Positions 13,531-22,587 of a stretch of DNA of 64,000 bases are shown here, in pieces. The notes below the pieces were generated by a model. That model saw nothing but the letters and a program-made list of their open reading frames with translations. It made no database searches and was not told where the DNA came from. Position 1 is the stretch's first letter, and the number at the start of each line of letters is the position of its first letter. The position numbers and the translations under genes were made by a program. Source of the stretch: Pseudomonadota bacterium (GTDB taxonomy: Bacteria > Pseudomonadota > Alphaproteobacteria > CACIAM-22H2); NCBI GenBank assembly GCA_052387815.1, contig JBQTIU010000028.1, positions 38,506 to 102,505 on the forward strand, given 5' to 3'.

Positions 13531-14466
13531 TCAGCGCTGGCCGGCGAGCAGGCGGCGATAGATCGGGCCGGCGAGCGCGGGGACGAGATACATCGGGAAC
13601 TGGTTGCAGGCGAGGTAGAGGGTGAGATCGCCTTCGGCGGCGGTCCCGAGGACCGCGACCAGGGTGGCCAGATTGCGGTTGCCGCTGGCCAGCCCCGCGG
13701 TCAGGCCCTGGCGGCGACCCAGGCCCCAGAAGATCAGCGCGCCCAAGACCTGGAGGGCGTAGTTGCCGAGGACGGCGCCGGCGAGGAAGGCGAGCAGGTG
13801 CCCCGGGCGGTCGATGAGCGTCGCCAGCAGGCCGTCCATCAGGCCGATGCCGAAGACGATGAGCGCCAGCACGCTGACGCCGCCGATCGCCGGCCCGGCG
13901 CGCTCGATCCGCTGCGGCCCGACCCAGCCCCGGATCGCCAGCGCCACGACCGCAGACCCGCCGATCAGCAGCGCGAGCCGGCCCATGAGCGCGCCGACCC
14001 CGATCTCGAGCTCGATGCCGAGCAGGAGGAGGGCGAGCGGCGGCTGGACGAGCGGCTGCAACAGCGAGGTTGCGACCATGACCAGGAGGGCGAGGGACGC
14101 ATCGAGCCCGATCATGAGGGCGAAGGCCGGCACGGCGATCAGCACCGGCGAGGAGGCGTTGAGCACCAGGGCGGCCTCGAGTCCGGGCGGCGCCTCGATG
14201 AGCCCGAGGAGGGCCCACATGACCAAGGGCGCGCCCAACAGCAGCCAGAGGACGACGACGAGCGCGCCGGCCGGCCGGCGGGCATGGGCCGCCACCTGCC
14301 GCCAGTCGATGCGCAAGAGCGTCGAGGTCAGCAGCACGAAGATGGCCGGGGCCAGCAGCGGCCGGCACAGGGCGGCGAGCCGGGGAACCACCAGCCCGAC
14401 GAACAGCGCTGCGGCGAGCAGGGGTCCCGCCCGCCGCTCCAGCCAGCCGAAAAACGGTGCGATCAC
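13531..14466 (-). CDS. Bile acid:sodium symporter (BASS)-like membrane transporter
   Basis: Many hydrophobic segments, SGNRN motif, NQFPMY; GTG start with GGAGG. Confidence 0.7.
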   Translation of the reverse strand: MIAPFFGWLERRAGPLLAAALFVGLVVPRLAALCRPLLAPAIFVLLTSTLLRIDWRQVAAHARRPAGALVVVLWLLLGAPLVMWALLGLIEAPPGLEAALVLNASSPVLIAVPAFALMIGLDASLALLVMVATSLLQPLVQPPLALLLLGIELEIGVGALMGRLALLIGGSAVVALAIRGWVGPQRIERAGPAIGGVSVLALIVFGIGLMDGLLATLIDRPGHLLAFLAGAVLGNYALQVLGALIFWGLGRRQGLTAGLASGNRNLATLVAVLGTAAEGDLTLYLACNQFPMYLVPALAGPIYRRLLAGQR

Positions 14467-14546
14467 GCCTCCCCCCACGCCGATGCCGACGGACCGAGGC
14501 TGTCCGCTTGTATAATGAACCACGACCGATCGCCCGAGGCCAAACC

Positions 14547-15044
14547 ATGCCGCCCGCCGACCCCATCCCGGCACCCCTCGACCGGCACCGCGAAATCGTC
14601 CGGCCCGAGTGGATCGACTACAACGGCCACATGAATATGGGCCATTTCATCATGGTCTTCGACCGCGCCACCGACACCATGATGGATTATCTCGGCCTCG
14701 ACGCGGCCTATCGCGCCACGACCTCGTGCAGCCTGTTCGTCGTCGAACTGCACATCGTCTATGCGGCGGAGCTGAAGTCGGGAGATCCCTTGCGCGTCAC
14801 CACCCAGGTGCTGGGGCACGACGACAAGCGCGTCCATTTTTTCCACCGCATGCTCGACGCGCGCACCGACTCCCCGGCGGCGGCCACCGAGATGCTGGGC
14901 CTGCATGTGAATCTTTCATCCCGGCGTGCCGCCCCCTTCCCGGCCGAGGTGCTGGCAAGGGTCGCAGGGCTGGCGGGCGCGCATGCGCGCCTGCCGCCGC
15001 CGGCCGAGGCCGGCCGCACGGTGGCGCTCAGACGCAAACCCTAG
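14547..15044 (+). CDS. Hotdog-fold acyl-CoA thioesterase
   Basis: VRPEWIDYNGHMN, FVVELHIVY, DDKRVHFFH. Confidence 0.88.
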   Translation: MPPADPIPAPLDRHREIVRPEWIDYNGHMNMGHFIMVFDRATDTMMDYLGLDAAYRATTSCSLFVVELHIVYAAELKSGDPLRVTTQVLGHDDKRVHFFHRMLDARTDSPAAATEMLGLHVNLSSRRAAPFPAEVLARVAGLAGAHARLPPPAEAGRTVALRRKP

Positions 15045-15067
15045 GCCGCCCGCGCGCCGCCGCCGGC

Positions 15068-15480
15068 TCATCCCGGCGCCAAGTTGCCGTGGAGGCCGAG
15101 CGGGAGCGGATACGGTGGGCGCGCGACGGCAAGCGGCCGGTCGGCCACGCGCCGGGCATCGAATACGGCGAGCTGCATCGCCCCCCCGCGCATCGTCGAG
15201 CCCGATGCCGAGCAGCCAGCCGTGGCCGTCCGCCGCTCCGGCGGGGCGTGGCACGAAGACGTGCTGCTCGGGGATGAGTGTCGCCGGAAATCGGTAGATG
15301 TCGCGCACGCCGCTGTCGAGGTCGCGCCGCGCGATCGCCTTGAAGAACGGGTGCGTCGTCGCAGCCGCGTCGTTCCCCAGCGTGAAAAGCTGGCGGTTGC
15401 GCCGACCGAACAGGCGCGGGTAGGTGCGCGGGAACTCACGGATGTGGCAGAGCAGCGCGCGGGGCGGAAAACCCGCACGA
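15068..15480 (-). pseudogene. Carotenoid oxygenase (RPE65/CCO) family C-terminal remnant, frameshifted
   Basis: One frame gives PEQHVFVPRPAGAADGHGWLLG, another gives LAVFDARRVADRPLAVARPPYPLPLGLHGN; the shift is at the C7 run 15181-15187; N-terminal part absent; 5' boundary approximate. Confidence 0.75.
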
Positions 15481-15669
15481 TGCTCGCCGTGCGCACATTC
15501 GGGAAGCAGGCGGGACCTGGACGACCAAATGGCGCTTGCGGCGCCCCCCAGTCCGACGTCCACGACGCACTTCCAGATCCCAGGCCCCAAATAGTCTCTC
15601 GCCGGGCAACATGCAATGCAGCCTACCGCCGCGCCGCGTGCAGCTTAAGCGCGCGGCGCTAACGCGCCG

Positions 15670-16674
15670 CTAATAGGTCGATTTCAGCCGCAGATGACCG
15701 AGGCGGTTGGCCGAGCGCACATCGACGGCTTTCGACTCGGCGCCCTGGAGGACGTTGAGCGTCACCGTCGCGCCCGCCGCGCCGTGCGCCCATACCTTGC
15801 GGTAGAAGTCGGCGAGGCCCGTCACTGGCTGGCCGTTGACGCCCAGGATCACGTCGCCGGCCTTGATGCCGGAGCTGTGGGCGGGCCCGTCCGGCGTCAC
15901 GCGGGCGACGAACAGCCGGCCGCGGAACTCCTCGGCGTTGATGCCGAGCCACGGCCGGCCCGGCCCCGACACTTGCCCATCGGCGATGAGGTCGCCCAAG
16001 ATCGGCCTCAAGAGGTCGATGGGCACGAACATGTTGCCGGGGAAGTGGGTGCCGGCCCCGGTCGCATCGCCGACGATCAGCGAGCCCACGCCCACCAGCT
16101 TGCCGTCGCCACCGATCAGCGCGGCGCCGCTCCAGGTCGGGTGCGGCGGGGAAGTGAAGATCGCGTTGTCGAGCAGGTATTCCCACGAGCCCGTGAACTC
16201 GCGCCGGGCGACCACGTAGGCCGGGGCCGCCATGTCCTTGCCGCCGTGGCTCGCCACCAGCACCAGGTCGCGCTCCTTGAGGTCGGCCGACTTGCCGATT
16301 TGCAGCGGCTTCACCCGCAAGGGCTCGATGCTCCTGAGCAGCCCGAAGCCGGTCTCGTGGTCGTAGCCGGCGGTCTGGGCCGCCACGGTGCGGCCGTCGT
16401 GGGTGGTGACCTCGGCACCGCTCGCCTCGACCATCAGGTAGCCGATGGTCAGCACCAGGCCGGTCCCGTCGATGACGATGCCGCTGCCATGGCGCTCGCG
16501 CCCCAGCGTCGCCGCCGTGCGGGCATCGCCGGGGACCCAGGTGTGGACTTTCACAACCGCCTGGAGGAGATCGTTGATCGACGGCGGCTCGGCCGCGCTC
16601 GCCGGCGGCGGGGCCAGGAGCAGGCCCGCGGCCGCGAGTGCGATGCCCGTCAACGGGAATTTGGGTTTGCGCAT
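15670..16674 (-). CDS. HtrA/S1C-like trypsin-fold protein with PDZ domain (catalytic triad degenerate)
   Basis: Signal peptide, GSGIVID, GKLVGVGS, RPWLGI, GPAHSSGIKAGDVILGVNG PDZ. Confidence 0.85.
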   Translation of the reverse strand: MRKPKFPLTGIALAAAGLLLAPPPASAAEPPSINDLLQAVVKVHTWVPGDARTAATLGRERHGSGIVIDGTGLVLTIGYLMVEASGAEVTTHDGRTVAAQTAGYDHETGFGLLRSIEPLRVKPLQIGKSADLKERDLVLVASHGGKDMAAPAYVVARREFTGSWEYLLDNAIFTSPPHPTWSGAALIGGDGKLVGVGSLIVGDATGAGTHFPGNMFVPIDLLRPILGDLIADGQVSGPGRPWLGINAEEFRGRLFVARVTPDGPAHSSGIKAGDVILGVNGQPVTGLADFYRKVWAHGAAGATVTLNVLQGAESKAVDVRSANRLGHLRLKSTY

Positions 16675-16797
16675 CGGTGCCTCTCTCGAAATGAGCGTCC
16701 ACTATGAGCCCGCGCGCCCGCCAAGTCCATAGGCGCGCGAAGGCCAAGCCCGCCGGTCCCTCGTCGCCCGCCTTGGGTGCGCATGTTATGCTCGGGC

Positions 16798-19047
16798 ATG
16801 GCGTCGCCGCATCCCGAGTCGGCTCCGGATTCCCGCCCCTTCGGCCATCTCGACGCGCTCAACGAGCGCCAGCGCGAGGCCGTGGAGGCGCTCGAGGGCG
16901 CGCTCCTCGTCCTCGCCGGGGCCGGGACCGGCAAGACCCGGGTGCTGACCACGCGACTCGCCCACCTGCTGGCGACTCGCCGCGCCTGGCCGTCGCAAAT
17001 CCTGGCCGTCACCTTCACCAACCGGGCGGCGGCCGAGATGCGCGCCCGGGTCGCGGAGTTGATCGAGGGGATGGCCGAGGGGCTGTGGCTCGGGACCTTC
17101 CACGCGCTCGGCGCGCGCATCTTGCGCCGGCATGCCGAGCTGGTCGGCCTCAAGCCCAATTTCACCATCCTCGATGCCGACGACCAGGTCCGCCTGGTGA
17201 AGCAACTCCTCGAAGCGGAACGGATCGACGATCGCCGCTGGCCGGCGCGCGCGGTGCTCGAGGTCATCGAGCGCTGGAAGGACCGCGGGCTCGCGCCCGA
17301 AAAAGTGCCGGCGGAATCGGTCGGCGAGGTGGCGGACGGGCGGGCGCTCGACCTCTACGTCCGCTACCAGGAGCGCCTGCGAACCTTGAACAGCGCCGAT
17401 TTCGGCGACCTCTTGCTCCACAACCTGACGCTGTTCACCACCCGCCCCGAGGTGCTCGCCGAATACCACCGGCGCTTCCACTACATCCTGGTCGACGAGT
17501 ACCAGGACAGCAATGTCGCGCAATACCTGTGGCTGCGCCTCTTGGCCCAGGGCCATCGCAACCTCTGTTGCGTGGGCGACGACGACCAGTCGATCTACGG
17601 CTGGCGCGGGGCCGAGGTCGGCAACATCCTGCGTTTCGAGCGCGATTTTCCGGGCGCCAAGGTGGTGCGGCTCGAACAGAATTACCGCTCGACGCGCCAC
17701 ATCCTGGGGGCCGCCGCGGGGCTCATCGCCCACAACCAGGGCCGGCTCGGCAAGACGCTGTGGACCGCCGCCGAGGGCGGGGAGAAGGTGATCGTGCGGG
17801 CGGTCTGGGACGGCGAGGACGAGGCGCGCTTCGTCGGCGAGGAGATCGAAGCCCTGCAGCGCCACGGCCGGGCGCTGGGCGGGATCGCCGTGCTGGTGCG
17901 CGCCGGCTTCCAGACCCGCGAGTTCGAGGAGCGGCTGATCGCGCTCGGCATCCCCTACCGCGTGATCGGCGGCCCGCGCTTCTACGAGCGCCAAGAGATT
18001 CGCGACGCCATCGCCTATTGCCGGGTCGTGGTCCAGAGCGCCGACGACCTCGCCTTCGAGCGCATCGTCAACCTCCCGCGCCGCGGCATCGGCGATGCAA
18101 GCATGCAGACCGTTCATCGCCTGGCGCGCGCCGAGGCTCTTCCGCTCACCGCGGCGGCGCGACGCCTGGTCGAGGGCGATGACCTCAAGGCCGGGGCGCG
18201 GCGCGCGCTCAAGGGCCTGATGGCCGATTTCGACCGCTGGTCGGCCGCGCTCGCCACCGCCCATCACGCCACGCTCGCCCAGACCATCGTCGAGGAATCC
18301 GGGCTGATCGACATGTGGCGGGCCGAGCGCGGCCCGGGGGCGCCGGCCCGGCTCGAAAACTTGCAGGAACTCGTCGCCGCGATCGAGGAGTTCGAGACCC
18401 TGCCGGGGTTCCTCGAGCACGTCAGCCTGGTGATGGAGAACGCCGAGCGTCCGCCCGGCGACATGGTCAGCCTGATGACGCTGCACAGCGCCAAGGGCCT
18501 CGAGTTCGACACCGTGTTCCTGCCGGGTTGGGAGGAAAACTTGTTGCCCCACCCCCGCGCGCTCGAGGAAAAGGGCGAGGGCGCGCTCGAGGAGGAGCGC
18601 CGCCTCGCCCATGTCGGCTTGACGCGGGCCCGCACCCGCGCCGTGGTCTCCTTCGCCTTGAGCCGGCGCATCCACAATCTTTGGCAGTCGAGTCCGCCCT
18701 CGCGCTTCGTCGGCGAACTGCCGGGCGAGCATGTCGACCACGCGAGCCAAGTCGGACTGCGGGGCGCGGCGCGGCGCGGCGCGGCCCACGGACTGGCGGA
18801 TCATGCCGGGGCGTTGGTCGCCTCGTCTCGCTTCGGCCGGCCGGCGAGCGGGCCGCCGATCGAGGCCGGTGCGTGGTCGGTTTCCACGCGCACCCCGCCC
18901 GCGCGCCCGTACGCGGCCGGCGAGCGCATCTTCCACGCCAAGTTCGGCTATGGCCGGGTGGTCGGCGTCGAGGCGGGCAAGCTCGAAATCGAGTTCGAAC
19001 GCGCCGGGCGCAAGAAGGTCATGGACTCCTTCGTCGAACCGGCGTGA
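16798..19047 (+). CDS. uvrD: UvrD/PcrA ATP-dependent DNA helicase
   Basis: AGAGTGKT, VDEYQD, GDDDQSIYGWRGA, LEQNYRS, TLHSAKGLEF, EERRL, C-terminal Tudor-like FHAKFGYG. Confidence 0.96.
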   Translation: MASPHPESAPDSRPFGHLDALNERQREAVEALEGALLVLAGAGTGKTRVLTTRLAHLLATRRAWPSQILAVTFTNRAAAEMRARVAELIEGMAEGLWLGTFHALGARILRRHAELVGLKPNFTILDADDQVRLVKQLLEAERIDDRRWPARAVLEVIERWKDRGLAPEKVPAESVGEVADGRALDLYVRYQERLRTLNSADFGDLLLHNLTLFTTRPEVLAEYHRRFHYILVDEYQDSNVAQYLWLRLLAQGHRNLCCVGDDDQSIYGWRGAEVGNILRFERDFPGAKVVRLEQNYRSTRHILGAAAGLIAHNQGRLGKTLWTAAEGGEKVIVRAVWDGEDEARFVGEEIEALQRHGRALGGIAVLVRAGFQTREFEERLIALGIPYRVIGGPRFYERQEIRDAIAYCRVVVQSADDLAFERIVNLPRRGIGDASMQTVHRLARAEALPLTAAARRLVEGDDLKAGARRALKGLMADFDRWSAALATAHHATLAQTIVEESGLIDMWRAERGPGAPARLENLQELVAAIEEFETLPGFLEHVSLVMENAERPPGDMVSLMTLHSAKGLEFDTVFLPGWEENLLPHPRALEEKGEGALEEERRLAHVGLTRARTRAVVSFALSRRIHNLWQSSPPSRFVGELPGEHVDHASQVGLRGAARRGAAHGLADHAGALVASSRFGRPASGPPIEAGAWSVSTRTPPARPYAAGERIFHAKFGYGRVVGVEAGKLEIEFERAGRKKVMDSFVEPA

Positions 19048-19095
19048 GGGCAGGCCCCGACGTCATCCTCATCATCTTCGAGGCCCGCAACCCCG

Positions 19096-20673
19096 ATGTG
19101 GCGAATCGGCTTGGCCGCCGACGCGCGCTCGCACAGCCATTTCATGGCGGCGCTCGACGGGCTTTGCGACGCCGTCTCGGCGTTCGAGACGGCGGGCGGG
19201 CGATGGCGGATCGAGGCCCTCGCGCTGGCCGCGCCGGACCGCAGGGCCATCGCCAAGCGCCTGGCGCGGGCCGCGGCGAGCCTGGGCCAGCCCGAGCCGG
19301 TCGCGGTCATCGAGGCGATGCCGGCGGTCGACTGGCTGGCCGAAAACCGCCGGTCCTTTCCGCCGTTCAGCATCGGCCGCTATTTCATCCACGCAACCCA
19401 TGGACGCGCCTGCCCGCCGGCCAGCGCGACCGCCATCGCGCTTGACGCCGGGGCCGCCTTCGGCTCGGGCGAGCACGCGACCACGCGCGGCTGCCTGTTG
19501 GCGCTCGACCGTCTCGCGCGGACCGGGCGCTGCCGGCGGGCGCTCGATCTCGGTTGCGGATCGGGCATCCTCGCGATCGCCATCGCCAAGACCTGGCGGC
19601 GGTGCCGGCAGGTGGCGGCCGCCGATAGCGATCGCGACGCGGTCCGCATTGCGGCCGAGAACGCGGTGCGGAACGGGGTGGCGCGGCCCATCGAGGTCGT
19701 GCTGAGCGCCGGATTCGCCGGACTGTCGGCGCGGCGGGGCTATGACCTCGTGGTCGCCAATCTCCTGGCCGCGCCCTTGTGCCGGCTCGCGCCCGACATC
19801 GCCCGCGCCATCCGACCGCGGGGCATCGCGGTTCTATCGGGCCTGCTCGGGGCCGAGGAAGCGGCGGTGCTGGCCGCGTATCGGACGCAGGGGCTTTGGC
19901 TCCGCCGCCGGATCGCGATCGCGGGCTGGCATACCCTCGTCGTGGCGCGCGGCCGGGCCACGTCATGCGAACGGCGGCCGGCAAGGGGCTGCGGTCGCGA
20001 TCGATCGGGCCGCCGGCGATCAGGCGGCGATGTTGGGCCGGTTGGCGTTGCTCGGAGGCGCGCTCTCCGCCGTGCCGACGAGGCCCCGGAACGGCACATA
20101 GCGACCCGCCGCCACCGCCGGAATGTCGCCGCGCGAAAGGCCGATATCGGCGAGCGCCCGGTCGTCGAGCGACATCAGCTCGTCATAGGCTCGCTGCCGG
20201 CGCCGCCAGGCTCGATAGCGCGCCGCGATGCCGGCGAACAGGCGCGCCATCGCGCCCCCCACCCGGCCGGTCCATTCGGCGACATAGGCGGCGCGCATGG
20301 CGCGCGCGGCGTGCAGGATCGCTTCCTGCCGGTTGGCGTCGTATTCGAACATGAGGTGTCCCCCGCGGGCCGCCATCAGGCCGCAACTGGCAGTTCGTTC
20401 GCGTTGTGGGCCGGGCCGCTCTCCTTGATCGTCCAGCGCCTGCTGTCGTCGCGCGGCGCCAGGCCCGCCGCCACCTGGGCGATGGTGCCGCGGGTCAACC
20501 CGATATCGGCAAGCAGCCGGTCGTCGAGCGCCTCCAACTCGGCAATGGTGGCCTTCCTATTCGACCAGGCCTTGATGGCGCCGAACAGGCGGGCTAGCGC
20601 CTGGCTGGCCTGGACCAGGATCTCGGCGGCTCGCTCCGCGCGCTGGCGCTCCGCCTCGAAACGGACGCCGTAA
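19096..20673 (+). CDS. prmA: Ribosomal protein L11 methyltransferase; homology ends near 19950 but the ORF continues to 20673
   Basis: DWLAEN, AFGSGEHATT, LDLGCGSGILAIA, ANLLA, LSGLL, WHTL; no in-frame stop at the expected end. Confidence 0.85.
   Translation: MWRIGLAADARSHSHFMAALDGLCDAVSAFETAGGRWRIEALALAAPDRRAIAKRLARAAASLGQPEPVAVIEAMPAVDWLAENRRSFPPFSIGRYFIHATHGRACPPASATAIALDAGAAFGSGEHATTRGCLLALDRLARTGRCRRALDLGCGSGILAIAIAKTWRRCRQVAAADSDRDAVRIAAENAVRNGVARPIEVVLSAGFAGLSARRGYDLVVANLLAAPLCRLAPDIARAIRPRGIAVLSGLLGAEEAAVLAAYRTQGLWLRRRIAIAGWHTLVVARGRATSCERRPARGCGRDRSGRRRSGGDVGPVGVARRRALRRADEAPERHIATRRHRRNVAARKADIGERPVVERHQLVIGSLPAPPGSIARRDAGEQARHRAPHPAGPFGDIGGAHGARGVQDRFLPVGVVFEHEVSPAGRHQAATGSSFALWAGPLSLIVQRLLSSRGARPAATWAMVPRVNPISASSRSSSASNSAMVAFLFDQALMAPNRRASAWLAWTRISAARSARWRSASKRTP
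20020..20352 (-). CDS. DUF1127 domain small protein
   Basis: WRRRQRAYDELMSLDDRALADIGLSRGDI. Confidence 0.9.
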   Translation of the reverse strand: MFEYDANRQEAILHAARAMRAAYVAEWTGRVGGAMARLFAGIAARYRAWRRRQRAYDELMSLDDRALADIGLSRGDIPAVAAGRYVPFRGLVGTAESAPPSNANRPNIAA

Positions 20674-20702
20674 TAGCCATTGGGTCGATCATCGTAGCTC
20701 AT
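20376..20702 (-). CDS. DUF1127 domain small protein
   Basis: ATIAELEALDDRLLADIGLTRGTI; ATG 20702 preceded by GGAG. Confidence 0.9.
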   Translation of the reverse strand: MSYDDRPNGYYGVRFEAERQRAERAAEILVQASQALARLFGAIKAWSNRKATIAELEALDDRLLADIGLTRGTIAQVAAGLAPRDDSRRWTIKESGPAHNANELPVAA

Positions 20703-20822
20703 CGTCTTTGCTCCCGTTGTCTTGCTATTTAGGCCGGCCCGCTGAGGTTGGGCCGGCCATGGGGCCGCGCCCCTCCGTGTGCCATTGAAATTAGAACGGC
20801 GGGCTCGAGTTTGGAGTGACAT

Positions 20823-20851
20823 TGCTGCGACGCAGCATTGCAAAATTTGCA
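20823..20851. promoter_or_regulatory. Two adjacent palindromic operators (PhaR-like CTGC-N3-GCAG; LysR-like T-N11-A)
   Basis: TGCTGCG-A-CGCAGCA (20823-20837) and TGCAAA-A-TTTGCA (20839-20851) upstream of the DUF1127 pair. Confidence 0.5.
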
Positions 20852-20944
20852 TGGAATAAAGCGTCAGCGTTGAGCGTGGCTTGCACGGCCACAGAGGAAA
20901 TAGATGTAATAAAACAAGTATCTTCCATCACAGTTTCGCAATAA

Positions 20945-21024
20945 TCTTTCGTCACCAAGCAGCGTTATATTTGCATGGTCTGAAGCCCGCCCGGACCCGG
21001 GTCCGGCTACGGGCGGGTTGCGCC
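20945..21024 (+). repeat. 80-bp direct repeat, left copy
   Basis: Matches 25434-25513 with one mismatch (T21008 vs C25497). Confidence 0.95.
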
Positions 21025-21037
21025 ACCAGGGTTCCCC

Positions 21038-21858
21038 GAGCTCGTCCGGCTGCGCGCCGGCGATTTCCGCGCCTGGCTGGCGGCGCGTCGGGCCGACGGC
21101 CGCGTCGCGGCGTCGAACGCCCGGGCGCTCGCGGTGGTGCGCAACTTCTTCGGCTGGCTCGACCGGCAGGGCCTGGCGCACAACGCCCGAGCTCGCCACG
21201 TTGCGCACGCCGAAGCTCCCCCATGCCGTGCCTAAGCCCCTGGCGATCGCCGACGCCGAGGCGGTGCTGGAGGCGGGCGAGCGGGCGGGCGAGCCGGCGT
21301 GGCTCGGGCGCGCGCGACCGGGCGGTCCTGACCCTGCTCTACGGCGCGGGGATGCGCATCGACGAGGCGCTGTCGCTGAACCGGCGGGTGCTGCCGCTCG
21401 GCGAGACGCTGAGCGTCCTCGGCAAGGGGCGCAAGCAGCGCCTGGGGCTGCTGCTGCCGGCGGTGCGCACCGCGATCGAGGCGTACGTCCGGCTGGTGCC
21501 GGGGAACAAGGGCCCGGACGACCCGCTGTTCCTCGGGGCGCGCGGCAAGCGCCTGCAAGCCGGCGTGGTGCAGCGGCACCTGCGCCGCATCCGCGCCCGG
21601 CTCGGGCTGCCCGACACCGCCACGCCGCCCGCACTGCGCCACAGCCTCGCCACCCACCTGCCGAGCGCCGGGGGTGACCTGCGCGCCATCCAGGAGCTGC
21701 TCGGCCACGCCTCGCTGTCGACCACGCAGCGCTACACCGAGGTCGACGCGGCGCGGCTCATCGAGGTGTTCGAGGCCGCCCATTCCCGGGCGCGCGGGGA
21801 GAGGCATCACCAACCTTCGATATGTGGCGGCCTTGTACGCTGTCGACCGTTCGGGTAG
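21038..21858 (+). pseudogene. xerC: Tyrosine recombinase XerC fragment, 5'-truncated with two +1 frameshifts
   Basis: Frame 2 GDFRAWLA...RNFFGWLDRQG; frame 3 LRTPKLPHAVPKPL; frame 1 RDRAVLTLLYGAGMRIDE, GKGRKQR, LRHS, IQELLGHASLSTTQRYT; HALR motif reads PALR. Confidence 0.9.
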
Positions 21859-21877
21859 CTTGGGGAGCACTGCTGAC

Positions 21878-21969
21878 CAAAGGGGAGTAGCCTTACTGCA
21901 CGTGCCGTCAAGACGGGAGTTTCTCCCCGGCCGTGCAGGCAGCGCGACAGCGTTGCAGCAAGACCTTTG
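21878..21969 (+). ncRNA. yybP-ykoY manganese-sensing riboswitch
   Basis: CAAAGG/CCTTTG P1, GGGGAGTAGC, CCGTCAAGAC loop, GCAAGACC; sits upstream of a P-type ATPase operon. Confidence 0.85.
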
Positions 21970-22111
21970 CCAGGATCGGTGAGTCATATGGGTCTGCCTT
22001 CACTCGGGTGAAGGCCGACCGGTGTCGGCTTGCCGGTGGATGACCCATAGCAGCCGTCGGCACAGCGCCGGCGTTCTGCGTGGCGCTCTACCAACTGGAC
22101 GGAGGCTGGCT

Positions 22112-22549
22112 ATGTTGAAGGCGCTCGTTCCCGTTGATGGCTCAGCGAATTCCATTCAAGCCATCCGGCACGTCATCAAGCTCATCAAGGACCGGGAACC
22201 TCTCGAAGTCCACCTGCTCAATGTGCAACCCTCGCTCGATGGTGAGACAACGAGATTTGTCTCCCACAGGACGGTCGAGGAGTTTCACCGCGAGGAGGGT
22301 GTCAAGATATTGCGGCCAGCCTGCGACCTGCTGGATGCCGCCGGGATTCCTTACCATTGTCACGTTGGGGTGGGTCGTCCGGCCAAAGTCATCGCTCACT
22401 ACGCCAACGATCTGCACTGCGACAAACTCATCATGGGCACGAGGGGCCTTGGCACGATATCCCAGCTGCTCCTCGGATCTGTAACTCATGAAGTGATTCA
22501 TCTTATCGATCCGGCGATCCCGGTGACGTTGGTGAAAAAACCTCGCTGA
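22112..22549 (+). CDS. Universal stress protein (UspA family)
   Basis: LVPVDGS, GRPAKVI, LIMGTRGLG, LLGSVT, IPVTLVK; GGAGG RBS at 22101. Confidence 0.93.
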   Translation: MLKALVPVDGSANSIQAIRHVIKLIKDREPLEVHLLNVQPSLDGETTRFVSHRTVEEFHREEGVKILRPACDLLDAAGIPYHCHVGVGRPAKVIAHYANDLHCDKLIMGTRGLGTISQLLLGSVTHEVIHLIDPAIPVTLVKKPR

Positions 22550-22587
22550 CGGCGGGGGCGGATGCAATGCGAACTGGGAAGACCGTC

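Noticed and set aside
19960-20020. Cuckoo-type sRNAs downstream of the DUF1127 genes
   Set aside because: No CCUCCUCCC loops visible
20930-20975. Possible dif site near the xerC fragment (CGCAATAA / GCATAAGA at the repeat edges)
   Set aside because: No XerD arm (TTATG-type) at the 6-bp spacing; resemblance too weak
22022-22111. In-frame N-terminal extension or leader peptide of the USP
   Set aside because: GGAGG precedes ATG 22112 and USP homology begins there; the upstream part is more likely riboswitch expression platform
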